Source of the DNA: a phage
Strand: one strand, 5' to 3'
Length of the DNA: 64,000 nt
Sequence record: PZ445437.1
Numbering within the stretch: position 1 is the stretch's first letter; each line of letters starts with the position of its first letter. The notes under the pieces were generated by a model. It did not search any database and was not told where the DNA came from. It was given only the letters and a program-made list of their open reading frames with translations. Shown here one piece after another: positions 1-10,011 of the stretch. A program made the translations under genes and the position numbers.

Positions 1-53
1 TACCAAGCAACTTGATGCTCGTTTAATTGAATATCATCTTCAAATAAGCTCAT
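1..53 (-). CDS. 62: clamp loader small subunit gp62, N-terminal fragment (gene continues beyond window start)
   Basis: Reverse complement of 1-53 translates MSLFEDDIQLNEHQVAW, matching my recollection of the T4 gp62 N-terminus; its ATG overlaps the gp44 stop (TGATATG). Confidence 0.6.
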   Translation of the reverse strand, partial: MSLFEDDIQLNEHQVAW

Positions 54-54
54 A

Positions 55-1014
55 TCACTTCCACTGCATTTCGCATGCTAATTGAATGAAAAGATAAGCT
101 AGATGCAATTCAGTATTAGCTGCAATACCATGATACTGATTATTTTCGCCGACAATTTCGTACATACGAATAATACTCTGTGGAGTTACACGTGAATAGA
201 TTTCTTCGGCAAGTTTACCTACGAACCACGAATAATCGGCTGCATATTTTGGTGCTAAAGCTCTGAGTTGTTTAACATCTTTATTTTTGAGAGACTCAAG
301 AACATCATCAATAGCACCACGATCATTAGTAACCAGTGATAAAATACCAGCATCCAAAACACCTTTAGATGAATAACTATCGAGCTCGCCAATAGTTTTA
401 CGAAAATCAGGAAAATTCTTTTTAACCAAAGCTGCTACAACTTTCATATCAGCTATAGCAATACCTTCATGTTTACAGATTTCGGTCAACCGACGAATCA
501 TCTGCTTCATCATTTCAATTTTATCTTCATCGGTCGGTTGACCGAATGTGATAACTCGGCAGCGTGACTGAAGCGGTTTAATAATACCATCAATATTGTT
601 AGCAGTAATAATAATACTACAGTTTGAGCTGTAAGCTTCCATAAAGGAACGAAGATGTCGCTGAGATTCTGCTAAACCTGAACGGTCAAATTCATCAATA
701 ACGATTACTTTTTGACGACCATCAAATGAAGCGGCGCTGGCAAAATTAGTCAAAGGACCACGAACGAAATCAATTTTACAATCTGACCCATTCACAAACA
801 TCATATCAGCATTTACATCATGACACAATGCTTTTGCTACAGTTGTTTTACCTGTTCCTGGAGAAGGAGAATGAAGAATAATATGTGGAATCTTACCTTT
901 ACTTGTAATAGATTTAAAGGTTTCTTTATCAAAGGCGGGAAGAATACATTCATCGATAGTAGATGGACGATATTTCTGTTCAAGAATGTGTTCTTTTTCA
1001 TTTACGGTAATCAT
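55..1014 (-). CDS. 44: clamp loader large subunit (AAA+ ATPase) gp44
   Basis: ORF 55..1029; Walker A GTGKTT and clamp-loader motifs; start taken at MITVNEKEH to give the 319 aa length of T4 gp44. Confidence 0.92.
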   Translation of the reverse strand: MITVNEKEHILEQKYRPSTIDECILPAFDKETFKSITSKGKIPHIILHSPSPGTGKTTVAKALCHDVNADMMFVNGSDCKIDFVRGPLTNFASAASFDGRQKVIVIDEFDRSGLAESQRHLRSFMEAYSSNCSIIITANNIDGIIKPLQSRCRVITFGQPTDEDKIEMMKQMIRRLTEICKHEGIAIADMKVVAALVKKNFPDFRKTIGELDSYSSKGVLDAGILSLVTNDRGAIDDVLESLKNKDVKQLRALAPKYAADYSWFVGKLAEEIYSRVTPQSIIRMYEIVGENNQYHGIAANTELHLAYLFIQLACEMQWK

Positions 1015-1049
1015 AATTTCCTCATTCAAGTTTTAGTGTAAATTATAAA

Positions 1050-1064
1050 GGGCCGAAGCCCTCT
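1050..1064 (-). terminator. GC stem-loop with tetraloop (GGGCCGAAGCCC) just downstream of gene 45
   Basis: Perfect 5-6 bp GC stem with a 4-nt loop read directly; followed by a T-rich run on the minus strand; typical T4 intergenic hairpin. Confidence 0.5.
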
Positions 1065-1065
1065 A

Positions 1066-1752
1066 TTAAAAATCGTGGGTAGAATCAGCTTCAAGAGCTA
1101 CTACATAATTCGCATGTTCACCTTCAAATTTAGCAGCGCCTTGTTTACCTTTTGCCCAGAGCAGAAGTTTATAATTTCCTGGTTGCATTTTCATATTTGC
1201 CATATTGATAATGAAATTAAATGTGTTTTCACCATCATAATCACCAAGAGTCAAAGAATATTTAACACGGGTCAGAGCAGAATCTTCTACTTTATTAAAA
1301 CCGTTAATTACGATTTTACCTTCTTTTACTGTGATAGCAATTGTATCAATTTGCAGACCACGAGATACACGCAACAGTTGTTGAAGGTCTTCAGCTTTAA
1401 TTTCAGTAACAACAGATGCTACCGGGAATGGAATTGGTTTATTAGGAGCAACTACTGTGCTCGGATCGGCTGCTGGCCAAAAAATTGTTGAGCGGGCATC
1501 AGCAATTTTAATATTTCCATCTTCTGACTGGGAAATTTCTGCATCATCATTAACTAGAGACAGAATGCCGAGAAAACCGTTCAAATCGTAAATTGCTACA
1601 TCAAAATCAATAACGTCAGAAATATTTGCTTCCGCGTAAGTTGTACCATTAACTGCGCGAGTCATAATAAATTGACCGGATTTAAGCATAATGCCAGAGT
1701 TAATAGTAGCGAAATTTTTAAGCAGAGCAGTAGTATCTTTAGACAGTTTCAT
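1066..1752 (-). CDS. 45: sliding clamp (DNA polymerase processivity factor) gp45
   Basis: 228 aa ORF; sequence MKLSKDTTALLKNFATINSGIMLKSGQF... matches recalled T4 gp45; lies between 44 and rpbA as in T4. Confidence 0.92.
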   Translation of the reverse strand: MKLSKDTTALLKNFATINSGIMLKSGQFIMTRAVNGTTYAEANISDVIDFDVAIYDLNGFLGILSLVNDDAEISQSEDGNIKIADARSTIFWPAADPSTVVAPNKPIPFPVASVVTEIKAEDLQQLLRVSRGLQIDTIAITVKEGKIVINGFNKVEDSALTRVKYSLTLGDYDGENTFNFIINMANMKMQPGNYKLLLWAKGKQGAAKFEGEHANYVVALEADSTHDF

Positions 1753-1807
1753 GTAATTTCCTTCAATTCAAATGGGATTTAATTTTATAACTAATTAAAT
1801 AAAGCAA

Positions 1808-2197
1808 TTAACGATTAAAATCAGCTGCGATTGTTTCGGCAACAATTTGAGCAGCAACAATCAGACGTTCATCTGCATTACCGCAATAATCATCTTCAAG
1901 GCGTTCACCGCATGAAGTCATAATAAATTTAGCACCGGCGTTTAGGGATTCTGTAGTATGTTTGCGCATTAGTTCAATCCATTTATTACTTACTTCACGA
2001 TCGATAGCTTCATAATACGCATGACGAGCAGGTGCAGATTTAATTTTGTTCTGAATAACTTCCATCGCGTTATCAGAAAGAGACAAAACCCACGCTCGAC
2101 GAATTTTATTTTGGTTTTGTGGATTTGATTCAGAACGCACATGTTTTGGCTGAATATCTTTTACATCAACAGTATAATTCACAGTAATTTTAGTCAT
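1808..2197 (-). CDS. rpbA: RNA polymerase binding protein RpbA
   Basis: 129 aa ORF immediately upstream of gene 45, the T4 position and length of RpbA. Confidence 0.75.
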
Positions 2198-2206
2198 AAT
2201 ACACCT

Positions 2207-2395
2207 TTAGTCATAATAATCAGTAACAGTCCAAGCTTCATTTCTATTGGACATTATTTTTGTATATTCTGCTTTAAATGCATTCTTAAGCATAGATTCA
2301 GTAACTATATGCTCTTCATTAGAAAAATTATTTCTCAGAATATATCGTTTTATTTCAGGAATAGTTAATAGATGCTGTCCAGTTGAATATTCCAT
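2207..2395 (-). CDS. hypothetical protein (position of T4 45.2)
   Basis: 62 aa ORF between 46 and rpbA, same strand. Confidence 0.45.
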   Translation of the reverse strand: MEYSTGQHLLTIPEIKRYILRNNFSNEEHIVTESMLKNAFKAEYTKIMSNRNEAWTVTDYYD

Positions 2396-2450
2396 GTTTT
2401 TCCTCCATAGAGATTATACTCTAATAAATTAAAGCATAATCTCTTATAAA

Positions 2451-4133
2451 TTAAACCATTACAGTAAATCGACCAACTTTCTTCATTTGAAGATGCTGAC
2501 CGTATGCTTGCGGGTCATGGTCTCTATGCGAAATAACAAAAACGTTAGTATTTTTTAAACTATCTAAAATAGTTGAAATAGCTTTTACACCTTCAACGTC
2601 GGTCGCTGAATCAAAAACTTCGTCAAGAATTAACGTGTTTATTTTAACACCTGAAACTTTTTCAGCAATATCACGCCAAGTAAATAAAAGAGCAATATCA
2701 ATTCGTGCTTTTTCACCTTGACTGAATGAAGCATAACTAAAATCTTCGCGACCACGGGATTTAATTGTCTCATTAAATTCTTCATCTAATGTAAACACAT
2801 AATCCGCTTCCATTATTTTAAGATAATGGTTAATCTGCTTATTAAATAATGGAATGTACTTTTTAATAATAGCACCTTTAATACCAGAATCTTTGAGCAT
2901 ATCAGTCAAAATTCCTCGGTGGTATTTTTCCATTACTAAATTAGTTTTTGTCTTAACAATTTTATCAAGTTCTTCTTGAAGCAGTGCTATTTCATCAGCA
3001 TGGTCAATAAACTCAGAAGATGCTTTTTCTATAGCCGCTTTAACTTTTTTAGCTTTATCTACCGTTGTGATTAGAGATTGTTTTTTATTGCGAATATCAT
3101 TTGCCAACGACTGCTGGGTTTTAATATTATCTCGGTATTCATCAACAAGAACTTTTAAATTATCACGATGCGTTGAAAGCTGTTCAAACGAATGCGTGCA
3201 TTCAGAAACTTTATCTTTAATTTTAGAAACAACTTTATCACCGGAACTCAATTGTGACAAACAGGTTGGACATAATCCACCTTCGTGATACATATTAATG
3301 ACTTTATTATACGAGTCAATTTTTGATTTAATTAAAACTGCTTCTTGACCGATTTTATTAAATGCATCAGTCGGGTCTTCATCCAAAACAATATTAACTA
3401 ATCTTTCGTTAGCTTCTTCTATTTCCGATTTTAGCGTTCTAGCTTCTTTTGCCAAATCATCATACATATTTTGCAGACGAGTAAGGTTGTCACCTGTTAA
3501 TTTTTTCTGGCGTTCAACGTTATCATTATATATTTTAATTTGTTGGATAATACTATCTTTTTTAACATCAAGCACTTGGTTCTGCGAATTTAATTCACGT
3601 ATTAGTGCTTTATTAAGCTTATCCATTTCAGCTAATGTTCCTACCTCAAGCAGGTCTTCCACAAGCTTTCTTCGCGCAGGGGTCGACAAACCCATGAAAG
3701 GGGTATACCCTGCTGTACCAAGGACAACAATCTGCTTGAAACTGGCATATGACATTCCGATAAGCTGTTCAAATTCTGCTTGGAAATCTTTACTGCTGGC
3801 AGATTCATTAAGACGTGTACCGTTAACGGTGATTTCAAAAACGTTCGGTTTTTGTCCTCTTTTGATATAGTACTTTTTCTCATCATATTCCATCCACAGT
3901 TCAACTAAAAGTTCTTTCTTATTTGTGCTGTTTATTAATTGACCTTTCTTTACATCACGGAATGGCTTGCCAAAAAGCCCAAATGTGATGGCTTCTAACA
4001 TAGTAGACTTACCACCGCCATTTCGTCCAGTAATAAGAGTTTTTTGAACCTTATCTAATTGAATGTCAATAGGATTTCCACCTACTGACATTATATTTTG
4101 ATACCTAACTCGGTTTAGTTTAAAATTCTTCAC
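2451..4133 (-). CDS. 46: recombination endonuclease subunit gp46 (Rad50/SbcC-like ATPase)
   Basis: 560 aa; N-terminal Walker A GRNGGGKST, long central coiled coil with CPTC zinc hook, C-terminal signature and Walker B (LILDEVFD). Confidence 0.92.
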   Translation of the reverse strand: MKNFKLNRVRYQNIMSVGGNPIDIQLDKVQKTLITGRNGGGKSTMLEAITFGLFGKPFRDVKKGQLINSTNKKELLVELWMEYDEKKYYIKRGQKPNVFEITVNGTRLNESASSKDFQAEFEQLIGMSYASFKQIVVLGTAGYTPFMGLSTPARRKLVEDLLEVGTLAEMDKLNKALIRELNSQNQVLDVKKDSIIQQIKIYNDNVERQKKLTGDNLTRLQNMYDDLAKEARTLKSEIEEANERLVNIVLDEDPTDAFNKIGQEAVLIKSKIDSYNKVINMYHEGGLCPTCLSQLSSGDKVVSKIKDKVSECTHSFEQLSTHRDNLKVLVDEYRDNIKTQQSLANDIRNKKQSLITTVDKAKKVKAAIEKASSEFIDHADEIALLQEELDKIVKTKTNLVMEKYHRGILTDMLKDSGIKGAIIKKYIPLFNKQINHYLKIMEADYVFTLDEEFNETIKSRGREDFSYASFSQGEKARIDIALLFTWRDIAEKVSGVKINTLILDEVFDSATDVEGVKAISTILDSLKNTNVFVISHRDHDPQAYGQHLQMKKVGRFTVMV

Positions 4134-4393
4134 AAAAGATTCCTTTTAATGTATCTTTTAGACCATTCTATCATATCATCATAATCTAAAAAGTATTCAT
4201 CAAATTCAGCCATGCAAACAACACCTTGTGCTGCTTTTGATGTGATATAAATTATTCCAACATATCTAGAATCTTCTTCGGTGTAATCAATATTTGCTAT
4301 GAATTCATCATTAATGTCAAATGTCGAAAACTTCACAGTATGCATCCTTAATACAAGATACAGCCATATCTTGTAATGATTTAGGTGTGTCAT
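4130..4393 (-). CDS. hypothetical protein (46.1-like)
   Basis: 87 aa ORF, stop overlaps gp46 start; start uncertain (overlaps the next ORF). Confidence 0.4.
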   Translation of the reverse strand: MTHLNHYKIWLYLVLRMHTVKFSTFDINDEFIANIDYTEEDSRYVGIIYITSKAAQGVVCMAEFDEYFLDYDDMIEWSKRYIKRNLL

Positions 4394-4580
4394 TATCTAA
4401 AATGTTGAAGTTAAAAGATACAGCCCAGTCAGTGCAGACTGTAACCTTTTTAATACAATTATCTTCAACCTCTAGCGGTTCAAACCAATATTCAATAATT
4501 TCTTTATGCCCAATATCATCTTTTACTTCGCATTCAAAATGCTGACTCATCATAACATTTTTAAATTCATCAAAAGTCAT
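4317..4580 (-). CDS. hypothetical protein (46.2-like)
   Basis: 87 aa ORF whose start overlaps the gp47 stop (translational coupling). Confidence 0.45.
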   Translation of the reverse strand: MTFDEFKNVMMSQHFECEVKDDIGHKEIIEYWFEPLEVEDNCIKKVTVCTDWAVSFNFNILDNDTPKSLQDMAVSCIKDAYCEVFDI

Positions 4581-5596
4581 TGTGTTGCCTCTACATATAG
4601 CTGGTTTGCATATTGAATAAGTGCTTCACGGTCAGAATCAGTGATGTCTGGAATTGCATTAATGTATTCTTCCATCAACGTCTGAAGAGATTGAACTTCA
4701 ACTTCTTCACTGTCATCTGACTCGACAGAGTTATCAATTTTTGACACAACTCGTAATGAATGCACAACTTTTTCTAGTTCAGATTCGAACTTCGTTAGAT
4801 TTTTGTCTACTTCAGTTACTATAACACGTACTGATAGATTTGTAAAATCTTTATAGTCAATTTTTCCTTTAAATGGATAATGAATTCTACGATGCCAGGT
4901 AGTGTTGTTTGGAATAAATTCCATTCGTTCTGTTTCTGTATCAAACATCCAGAACCCACGAGGGTCATTCTCGTCACCTGCAGTTAGTGTCCATGGTGTC
5001 CCAATATATCTGACGTTAGCAGCCTCAGAGATAGTATGGAAGTGACCAGACCACACTTCTTTATAAGTCTTAAGGAAATCAGGTTCAAGACCATGAGATT
5101 TCATTCCTTTATAAAAATAAAATCCGTTCAGTTCCCAGTGACCAACGCAAAAAGAAGCAGATGAAGTTTTGATGTGTTCAAGAATTTCACCAGTATTTTC
5201 TTCACACATCCAAGGAATTAAATCAATTAAACATCCGTCAAAATCTACTGTAGTAGGCTTATCATATACTTTAACATTAGGATATTTAGCCAAAAGCTCA
5301 GTAGAGGCATTTGGATGCATTACATTTTTATAGTGGAGATCGTGATTTCCTACAATAGTGTGTAATGTAATTCCAGCATCATCAAGCGTTTGAACTATTT
5401 CACGGGCAAACTCCATAGTTTTATGTGTGATCGCTTTTCTCACATCAAAAATATCACCATATTGAATCCAGGTAGTAATTCCATTTTTCTTAGAATATTC
5501 TATTGCTTGTTTAATTCCATCAATTTGAATACCGCGAATCCACTCATCATCAGCTTTAACGCCTAAATGCCAATCACCCAAGTTTAGTATTTTCAT
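4577..5596 (-). CDS. 47: recombination endonuclease subunit gp47 (Mre11/SbcD-like phosphoesterase)
   Basis: 339 aa; calcineurin-like phosphoesterase motifs (GDWHLG, GDIFD, GNHD, GHWE, GHFH). Confidence 0.92.
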   Translation of the reverse strand: MKILNLGDWHLGVKADDEWIRGIQIDGIKQAIEYSKKNGITTWIQYGDIFDVRKAITHKTMEFAREIVQTLDDAGITLHTIVGNHDLHYKNVMHPNASTELLAKYPNVKVYDKPTTVDFDGCLIDLIPWMCEENTGEILEHIKTSSASFCVGHWELNGFYFYKGMKSHGLEPDFLKTYKEVWSGHFHTISEAANVRYIGTPWTLTAGDENDPRGFWMFDTETERMEFIPNNTTWHRRIHYPFKGKIDYKDFTNLSVRVIVTEVDKNLTKFESELEKVVHSLRVVSKIDNSVESDDSEEVEVQSLQTLMEEYINAIPDITDSDREALIQYANQLYVEATQ

Positions 5597-6197
5597 GGTG
5601 TCTTTTCCATCCTAATTTAGCTGCTTTTGAAACTAGTTCTTTAATTTTTCCTTTTGTCCATTCAGGACCAGGAGGTTCATGACATAACATTTGCTTAACT
5701 CCGTTATTATACCATTTTTTACCTTTATTATGTGATGAAGCTTTAAATTTATTTGACCTTCCTTTTACATAACCTTCTGGAATATAAGGCAAAAAGGCAG
5801 ATTTTCCTGTTAATGGATCATGTGAATGTATATTTCCTTTACAATTATGAGAACCATATAATGGATGATTTTGTCCTTTATTATCTCTTCCAAATGAACC
5901 TTTTGGAGCAGCATATGACATATTAAAGAATAATGGATTTTTAACTGCATCATGCAATCGTTGATAATATAACTCGCATTTAATAGCTTCTTCACGCGTA
6001 TCAAATTCAGCTAAAATGCATGAATCAAATAAGTGAGGATTATCTGAAAGCTCTTTATTATAAATTTTCTTATACTTTTTAGATAAAACTGAACCATGAT
6101 ATCCAGCTAAATGCCTATCTAAAGACGTAGATCCAATATAAAAAGGAGGAAGTTTATCTCCACTATATATTGTTAAATAAGTTATATATTTTTTCAT
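5574..6197 (-). CDS. free-standing GIY-YIG-like homing endonuclease (Seg-like)
   Basis: 207 aa; N-terminal YLTIYSGDKLPPFYIGST (GIY...YIG-type motif) with downstream R and E; C-terminal repeated NUMOD3-like motifs (HPLYGSHN, GKKWYNNG); sits between 47 and a-gt. Confidence 0.6.
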   Translation of the reverse strand: MKKYITYLTIYSGDKLPPFYIGSTSLDRHLAGYHGSVLSKKYKKIYNKELSDNPHLFDSCILAEFDTREEAIKCELYYQRLHDAVKNPLFFNMSYAAPKGSFGRDNKGQNHPLYGSHNCKGNIHSHDPLTGKSAFLPYIPEGYVKGRSNKFKASSHNKGKKWYNNGVKQMLCHEPPGPEWTKGKIKELVSKAAKLGWKRHHENTKLG

Positions 6198-6358
6198 ATA
6201 TCAAGAACCGTCATTGAAATGCAAAATAAAATTATTGAAATAAATCCATCTGGAGTGCTAAAGAACCCAATCCAACATGCTCTAGTGAATAGATAAAATG
6301 CAAGAAAAAGTATCACATATCCAAGAAATATCATTATATCAAACTCCGTATAAAGCTA

Positions 6359-6373
6359 AAGGGCCGAAGCCCT
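6359..6373 (-). terminator. GC stem-loop (GGGCCGAAGCCC) immediately downstream of a-gt
   Basis: Same tetraloop hairpin as at 1050; flanked by T runs on both strands. Confidence 0.5.
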
Positions 6374-7576
6374 TTATTTTGTAATAATGTCAAACTGTTC
6401 TTTAAAGCAGAAGCTTGAATCTTGATGCTGATACAAAAATTCATATGCTTTTTCTCGCTCACGGTCATAAAGAGCTCGGTCAGATGACAGTTCTTTAATA
6501 CGTTCAAATGTTGATTCCATATCATTTTCATCAAACCAAATGATACCGCTATCATGCGAGGTCAAAGGAGTATTATCAACACGGAATTTTAAATTTTCGC
6601 CAGTAGATTTCCAAAATACCGGAATTGTTCCACATGCACCAAGCTCGAGATGAGTATATTCTAAAGAACGTTGTAGATATTTTTTATCCAACTTACTCAA
6701 CTGATAACCAAAACCGGATTTACTCATACGCTCAAGCATTTCGCTATTTACATAACGATCGAGAATTTGCGTTGGCAAATTAGGAGCAATTTTAATTTGG
6801 TCTACTTGATGAAGACGATAATACTCGTATTGAATTCCTTTTTCTTTAATAGGAATGAACGCTGGAGAACGTTCCAGACCTTCCATAATAGTACTTAGTC
6901 CTGCAGGTTTAAGATGTTTTTCATGAAAATCAAACATCTGATAAAAACCTTTCCATGTAGTCGTACGACCAATCCAACGGTTGATATTCATGTTAATTTC
7001 AGAAACATCTTTCCAGTAGGTTGACCGAACCTTCGCAATATCCATAGGAGGCTGAAAGTTATATACTGTCGGTGCTTCTTCAATATCATCAAACAGAGAA
7101 ACAGTTTCTGGATACCATTCTTTCATCAGAACTTTATTAAAATCACCATTATCAGAATGGCTAAAAATAACATCAGCTCGACGAACAGTTTCTTCTAATC
7201 CCAAATTTCGACGCAAAGAAAGAGAAGAATGGTCATGCTGATAAACTACAACACGAACCGAAGGTTTAATGTTATCAATAATTTTTTTATAGTTATTAAT
7301 AGTGTCTTCTTCAACCGAAGTAGCAGGAACTGAATTGATAATTAGAATATCACAATCATTTACCAGCTTAAGTGTTTTATCATATTCTTTTGCCAATAAA
7401 ACCGGAATTGAAAATGATTTATAATCATGCGCGCAATTACGAGTAAATGATTTATCTTTAGCATAAACCAAAGTCACTTCATGACCATTTTTAATAAACC
7501 AATCACGTTGCTCGAGTGAGAATTTTGTTACACCACAACCTTCAAGACCTCGAGCCATAAAAATACATACTTTCAT
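6374..7576 (-). CDS. a-gt: DNA alpha-glucosyltransferase
   Basis: 400 aa; MKVCIFMARGLEGCGVTKFSLEQRDWFIKNGHEVTLVYAKDKSF... near-identical to recalled T4 alpha-GT. Confidence 0.92.
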   Translation of the reverse strand: MKVCIFMARGLEGCGVTKFSLEQRDWFIKNGHEVTLVYAKDKSFTRNCAHDYKSFSIPVLLAKEYDKTLKLVNDCDILIINSVPATSVEEDTINNYKKIIDNIKPSVRVVVYQHDHSSLSLRRNLGLEETVRRADVIFSHSDNGDFNKVLMKEWYPETVSLFDDIEEAPTVYNFQPPMDIAKVRSTYWKDVSEINMNINRWIGRTTTWKGFYQMFDFHEKHLKPAGLSTIMEGLERSPAFIPIKEKGIQYEYYRLHQVDQIKIAPNLPTQILDRYVNSEMLERMSKSGFGYQLSKLDKKYLQRSLEYTHLELGACGTIPVFWKSTGENLKFRVDNTPLTSHDSGIIWFDENDMESTFERIKELSSDRALYDREREKAYEFLYQHQDSSFCFKEQFDIITK

Positions 7577-7819
7577 TTAATATCCTCTTTGTTTTGGTTT
7601 ATTTTACCAAAAATTTATAAAGCAATATAGGAGCCGAAGCTCCTATCCGCATAATACGCCATACAGAGGCTCGTTAGAACTTTTAAATTTTATGCGCTTA
7701 TATTTTATAGTTCCTTCTGCTTTAGCTTTATCATGAGACTCTTTAAAGCGTCTCATCATTTCCTCTTTAGAGGAACGAATTTTATTATAATCTATTTCAG
7801 AAGTCTGGGTGTTCATCTT

Positions 7820-8026
7820 TCATAGTTGCCACCATTTTTTGACTTGATAGGAATCAACCCACACTTTCATATTAGGGTCTGCTCTTACAATAGGAGGATT
7901 AACTTCTTTAATTGAACTATCATGGTATTCTTTTTCAGAAATTTTCACACAAAGATGACCATTCAAAGATTCAGTAAATCCTGCATTAATTTTAAGACGC
8001 TTGAATTTTACGTGTGTAAGCATCAA
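7820..8026 (-). CDS. hypothetical protein
   Basis: 68 aa ORF between a-gt and 55, same strand. Confidence 0.35.
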   Translation of the reverse strand: MMLTHVKFKRLKINAGFTESLNGHLCVKISEKEYHDSSIKEVNPPIVRADPNMKVWVDSYQVKKWWQL

Positions 8027-8309
8027 TCATATCCTCAATTTGCGATCTAGTAGTCTTCCAAAGAATACTGATGAGTTCATCGTTATATGGCTGTTTTAGA
8101 ATATCCCGACTTTTCTTGATAGCATATTCGTATTGAGCAAAATTATTGTTTTCAGCTGCGATCTGAGCGTGCTTATAAAGACGATTCAGTTCGCGTTTGT
8201 TTTTAGACAATAACTTATTTGCTTTTCTTTCTGCTTCAAGACGGTTCTTTTCTTCAATAGAAGAAATAAGCTTTTCCACTTCATCATTAATTTCGGGTTT
8301 ATCAGTCAT
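7992..8309 (-). CDS. hypothetical protein
   Basis: 105 aa ORF, charged/coiled-coil composition, same strand. Confidence 0.4.
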   Translation of the reverse strand: MTDKPEINDEVEKLISSIEEKNRLEAERKANKLLSKNKRELNRLYKHAQIAAENNNFAQYEYAIKKSRDILKQPYNDELISILWKTTRSQIEDMIDAYTRKIQAS

Positions 8310-8310
8310 A

Positions 8311-8529
8311 TTATTTCTCTAATATAAAATAAAAATCATCATCTGTTAAATGATACCGATAGTTTAATTCTACACCATTAGATTTAAAAGCGGTATCATA
8401 CGGATTTTCTGGATCAATATCAATGTCAAGAGCTAAAACTTCCCTGAGATACATTTTAAGTAAATAGGGAATAGCTTCAACTTCAGGTATTTCTTCCAAG
8501 AATCCGGAGAGGTTAATCGTTAGCCTCAT
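8311..8529 (-). CDS. hypothetical protein
   Basis: 72 aa ORF directly downstream of gene 55, overlapping its stop. Confidence 0.4.
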
Positions 8530-9070
8530 ATAAAAAATCCAAACTAGGAGAATCGTCTACAACACTTTTCTTTTCAGCCCCCGGTGTTCTATAGGTTGAT
8601 TCTTCGTAATGCGTCATTTTATCGTAGATGTCTTGAATAAAAGTTTCATCTACTAACGCAACCATATCGTCGTCACGACTGTCATAGACATTGTGAACGA
8701 AGTAACTATATTTCTTTGCAACTTCCTTACGTTCTTTTTTAATACGCTGGACGAATGCATTAAAACAAGCTTGAGTTATATACGCATGTGGGTTTTTATA
8801 TTTCGTTTCATCAAAATTATGAAGCCCCTTAATAGAAGCTTCTATACCATCTGCAATCATTTCTTGTTTCCAAGACTGGGTGTATCCTGAAAAGTTGAAA
8901 CGTTTAGATAAGCCTTCTGCAATAAGCATAATGGCTAATCCAATAGTATCATTTTGACGAACTACTTTATTTGGGTCTTTATTATTTGCTAATTCTGTTT
9001 TCCAATCAATAATAGCTTGTAAAAGCTCTTTATTGTTTACGTAATTATATTTAGGCTTAGTTTCTGACAT
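8513..9070 (-). CDS. 55: late-transcription sigma factor gp55
   Basis: [24 protein letters not shown]... matches recalled T4 gp55; start trimmed to give 185 aa. Confidence 0.92.
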
Positions 9071-9099
9071 TTTCACCTCTTAGCTCAATTCATAGATCT

Positions 9100-9137
9100 A
9101 TTATATCATAATATTTGAAGATCTATCTTAAAGCATA
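9100..9137 (-). promoter_or_regulatory. candidate promoter upstream of gene 55 (extended -10 TGATATAAT; MotA-box-like TGCTTTAA upstream)
   Basis: Minus-strand TGATATAAT at 9100-9108 and TGCTTTAA around 9130-9137; spacing is not canonical for a T4 middle promoter. Confidence 0.3.
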
Positions 9138-9148
9138 GAGGATATCAG

Positions 9149-9418
9149 TTATCTAAGTAAACAGTATGCTTGGAATACTTTTTCCATCATCTTTTTAAAT
9201 TCATGAATATCTATATAATGACTAGTTAAATCAGCATGATATAAAAAGTCTAAAAACTTTTCATGTGTACTAACATATTCACTTTCATTTAATTCAGAAA
9301 CATGGCTTTCCCAATATCCAACACCAGTTTTATTTGGGAAAAATGAAATTTTCATGTATTGGTCAACATAGAAAATGCCATAATTTTCAATAGTAATAGA
9401 AATATTAATAAATTTCAT
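9149..9418 (-). CDS. hypothetical protein
   Basis: 89 aa ORF upstream of 55, same strand. Confidence 0.4.
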   Translation of the reverse strand: MKFINISITIENYGIFYVDQYMKISFFPNKTGVGYWESHVSELNESEYVSTHEKFLDFLYHADLTSHYIDIHEFKKMMEKVFQAYCLLR

Positions 9419-9630
9419 ACATTCATCAACTTAGCCGCTTCAAGAGCTGCATCTAGTGAATCAAATTGGTCAACATATTCAATCAATTCGCCATAATTGG
9501 CATATAACCACCATTGGCTAAATTCATACTCAAGGATGAATCCATTTCCTTCAATTTGAGTTAAACCATTGCCGTTTGTATTTACTTCATATCCGGCAAG
9601 ACGCAAATCGTTAATAAGAGCTTCGTTCAT
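9415..9630 (-). CDS. hypothetical protein
   Basis: 71 aa acidic ORF, stop overlaps next start. Confidence 0.4.
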   Translation of the reverse strand: MNEALINDLRLAGYEVNTNGNGLTQIEGNGFILEYEFSQWWLYANYGELIEYVDQFDSLDAALEAAKLMNV

Positions 9631-9632
9631 AA

Positions 9633-9959
9633 TTATACCTTAGTAATTTTCAGGTCTGCAAATTTTTTCTTGCGTTGATTTTTCATGCGACGAATAGTTT
9701 TATCGGAAATTTCATGCTTTTGATAAGCTTTAGATTCTACACCAAAAGCTTTAACATCAAATTCTGACAAGATATATTGAACCAACAATTCACGGACAGT
9801 ATTGCGTCCAATCTTCTGATCATTCTGTTTCATCGTCTGATGAAGCTCTTTTTCCCATTTATCCAAAATTTGAGGAGTTACAATATCGCCTTTTTCTAGC
9901 AAAGAAACTACTTTATCATATGCGTAAGAATTAATGACGTTTTTAATTTGAATAGTCAT
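9633..9959 (-). CDS. hypothetical protein
   Basis: 108 aa ORF; hairpin 9998-10011 lies upstream. Confidence 0.4.
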   Translation of the reverse strand: MTIQIKNVINSYAYDKVVSLLEKGDIVTPQILDKWEKELHQTMKQNDQKIGRNTVRELLVQYILSEFDVKAFGVESKAYQKHEISDKTIRRMKNQRKKKFADLKITKV

Positions 9960-10011
9960 ACATTATCCTCAATTACGTTAAAATTTTATTATCCAAAAAG
10001 GGCCGAAGCCC

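Noticed and set aside
820-4545. Plus-strand ORFs of 60-140 aa (820..1041, 1075..1491, 2141..2368, 2247..2432, 3067..3288, 3487..3870, 4321..4545) lying antisense inside genes 44, 45, rpbA, 46
   Set aside because: They are fully embedded in the opposite strand of well-supported genes, are low-complexity and AT-codon-rich, and lack RBS context. The same applies to other antisense ORFs in the track (for example 13113..13442, 14505..14723, 47140..47334, 52001..52336, 56327..56590).
6334-6555. 73-aa minus-strand ORF overlapping the 3' end of a-gt
   Set aside because: It is an alternative frame largely inside a-gt and is probably spurious.
7653-7820. 55-aa minus-strand ORF (MNTQTSEIDYNKIRSS...) upstream of a-gt
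   Set aside because: It is below the ORF-track threshold and has no recognisable motif. It may be real (its start overlaps the previous stop) but was not counted as a feature.
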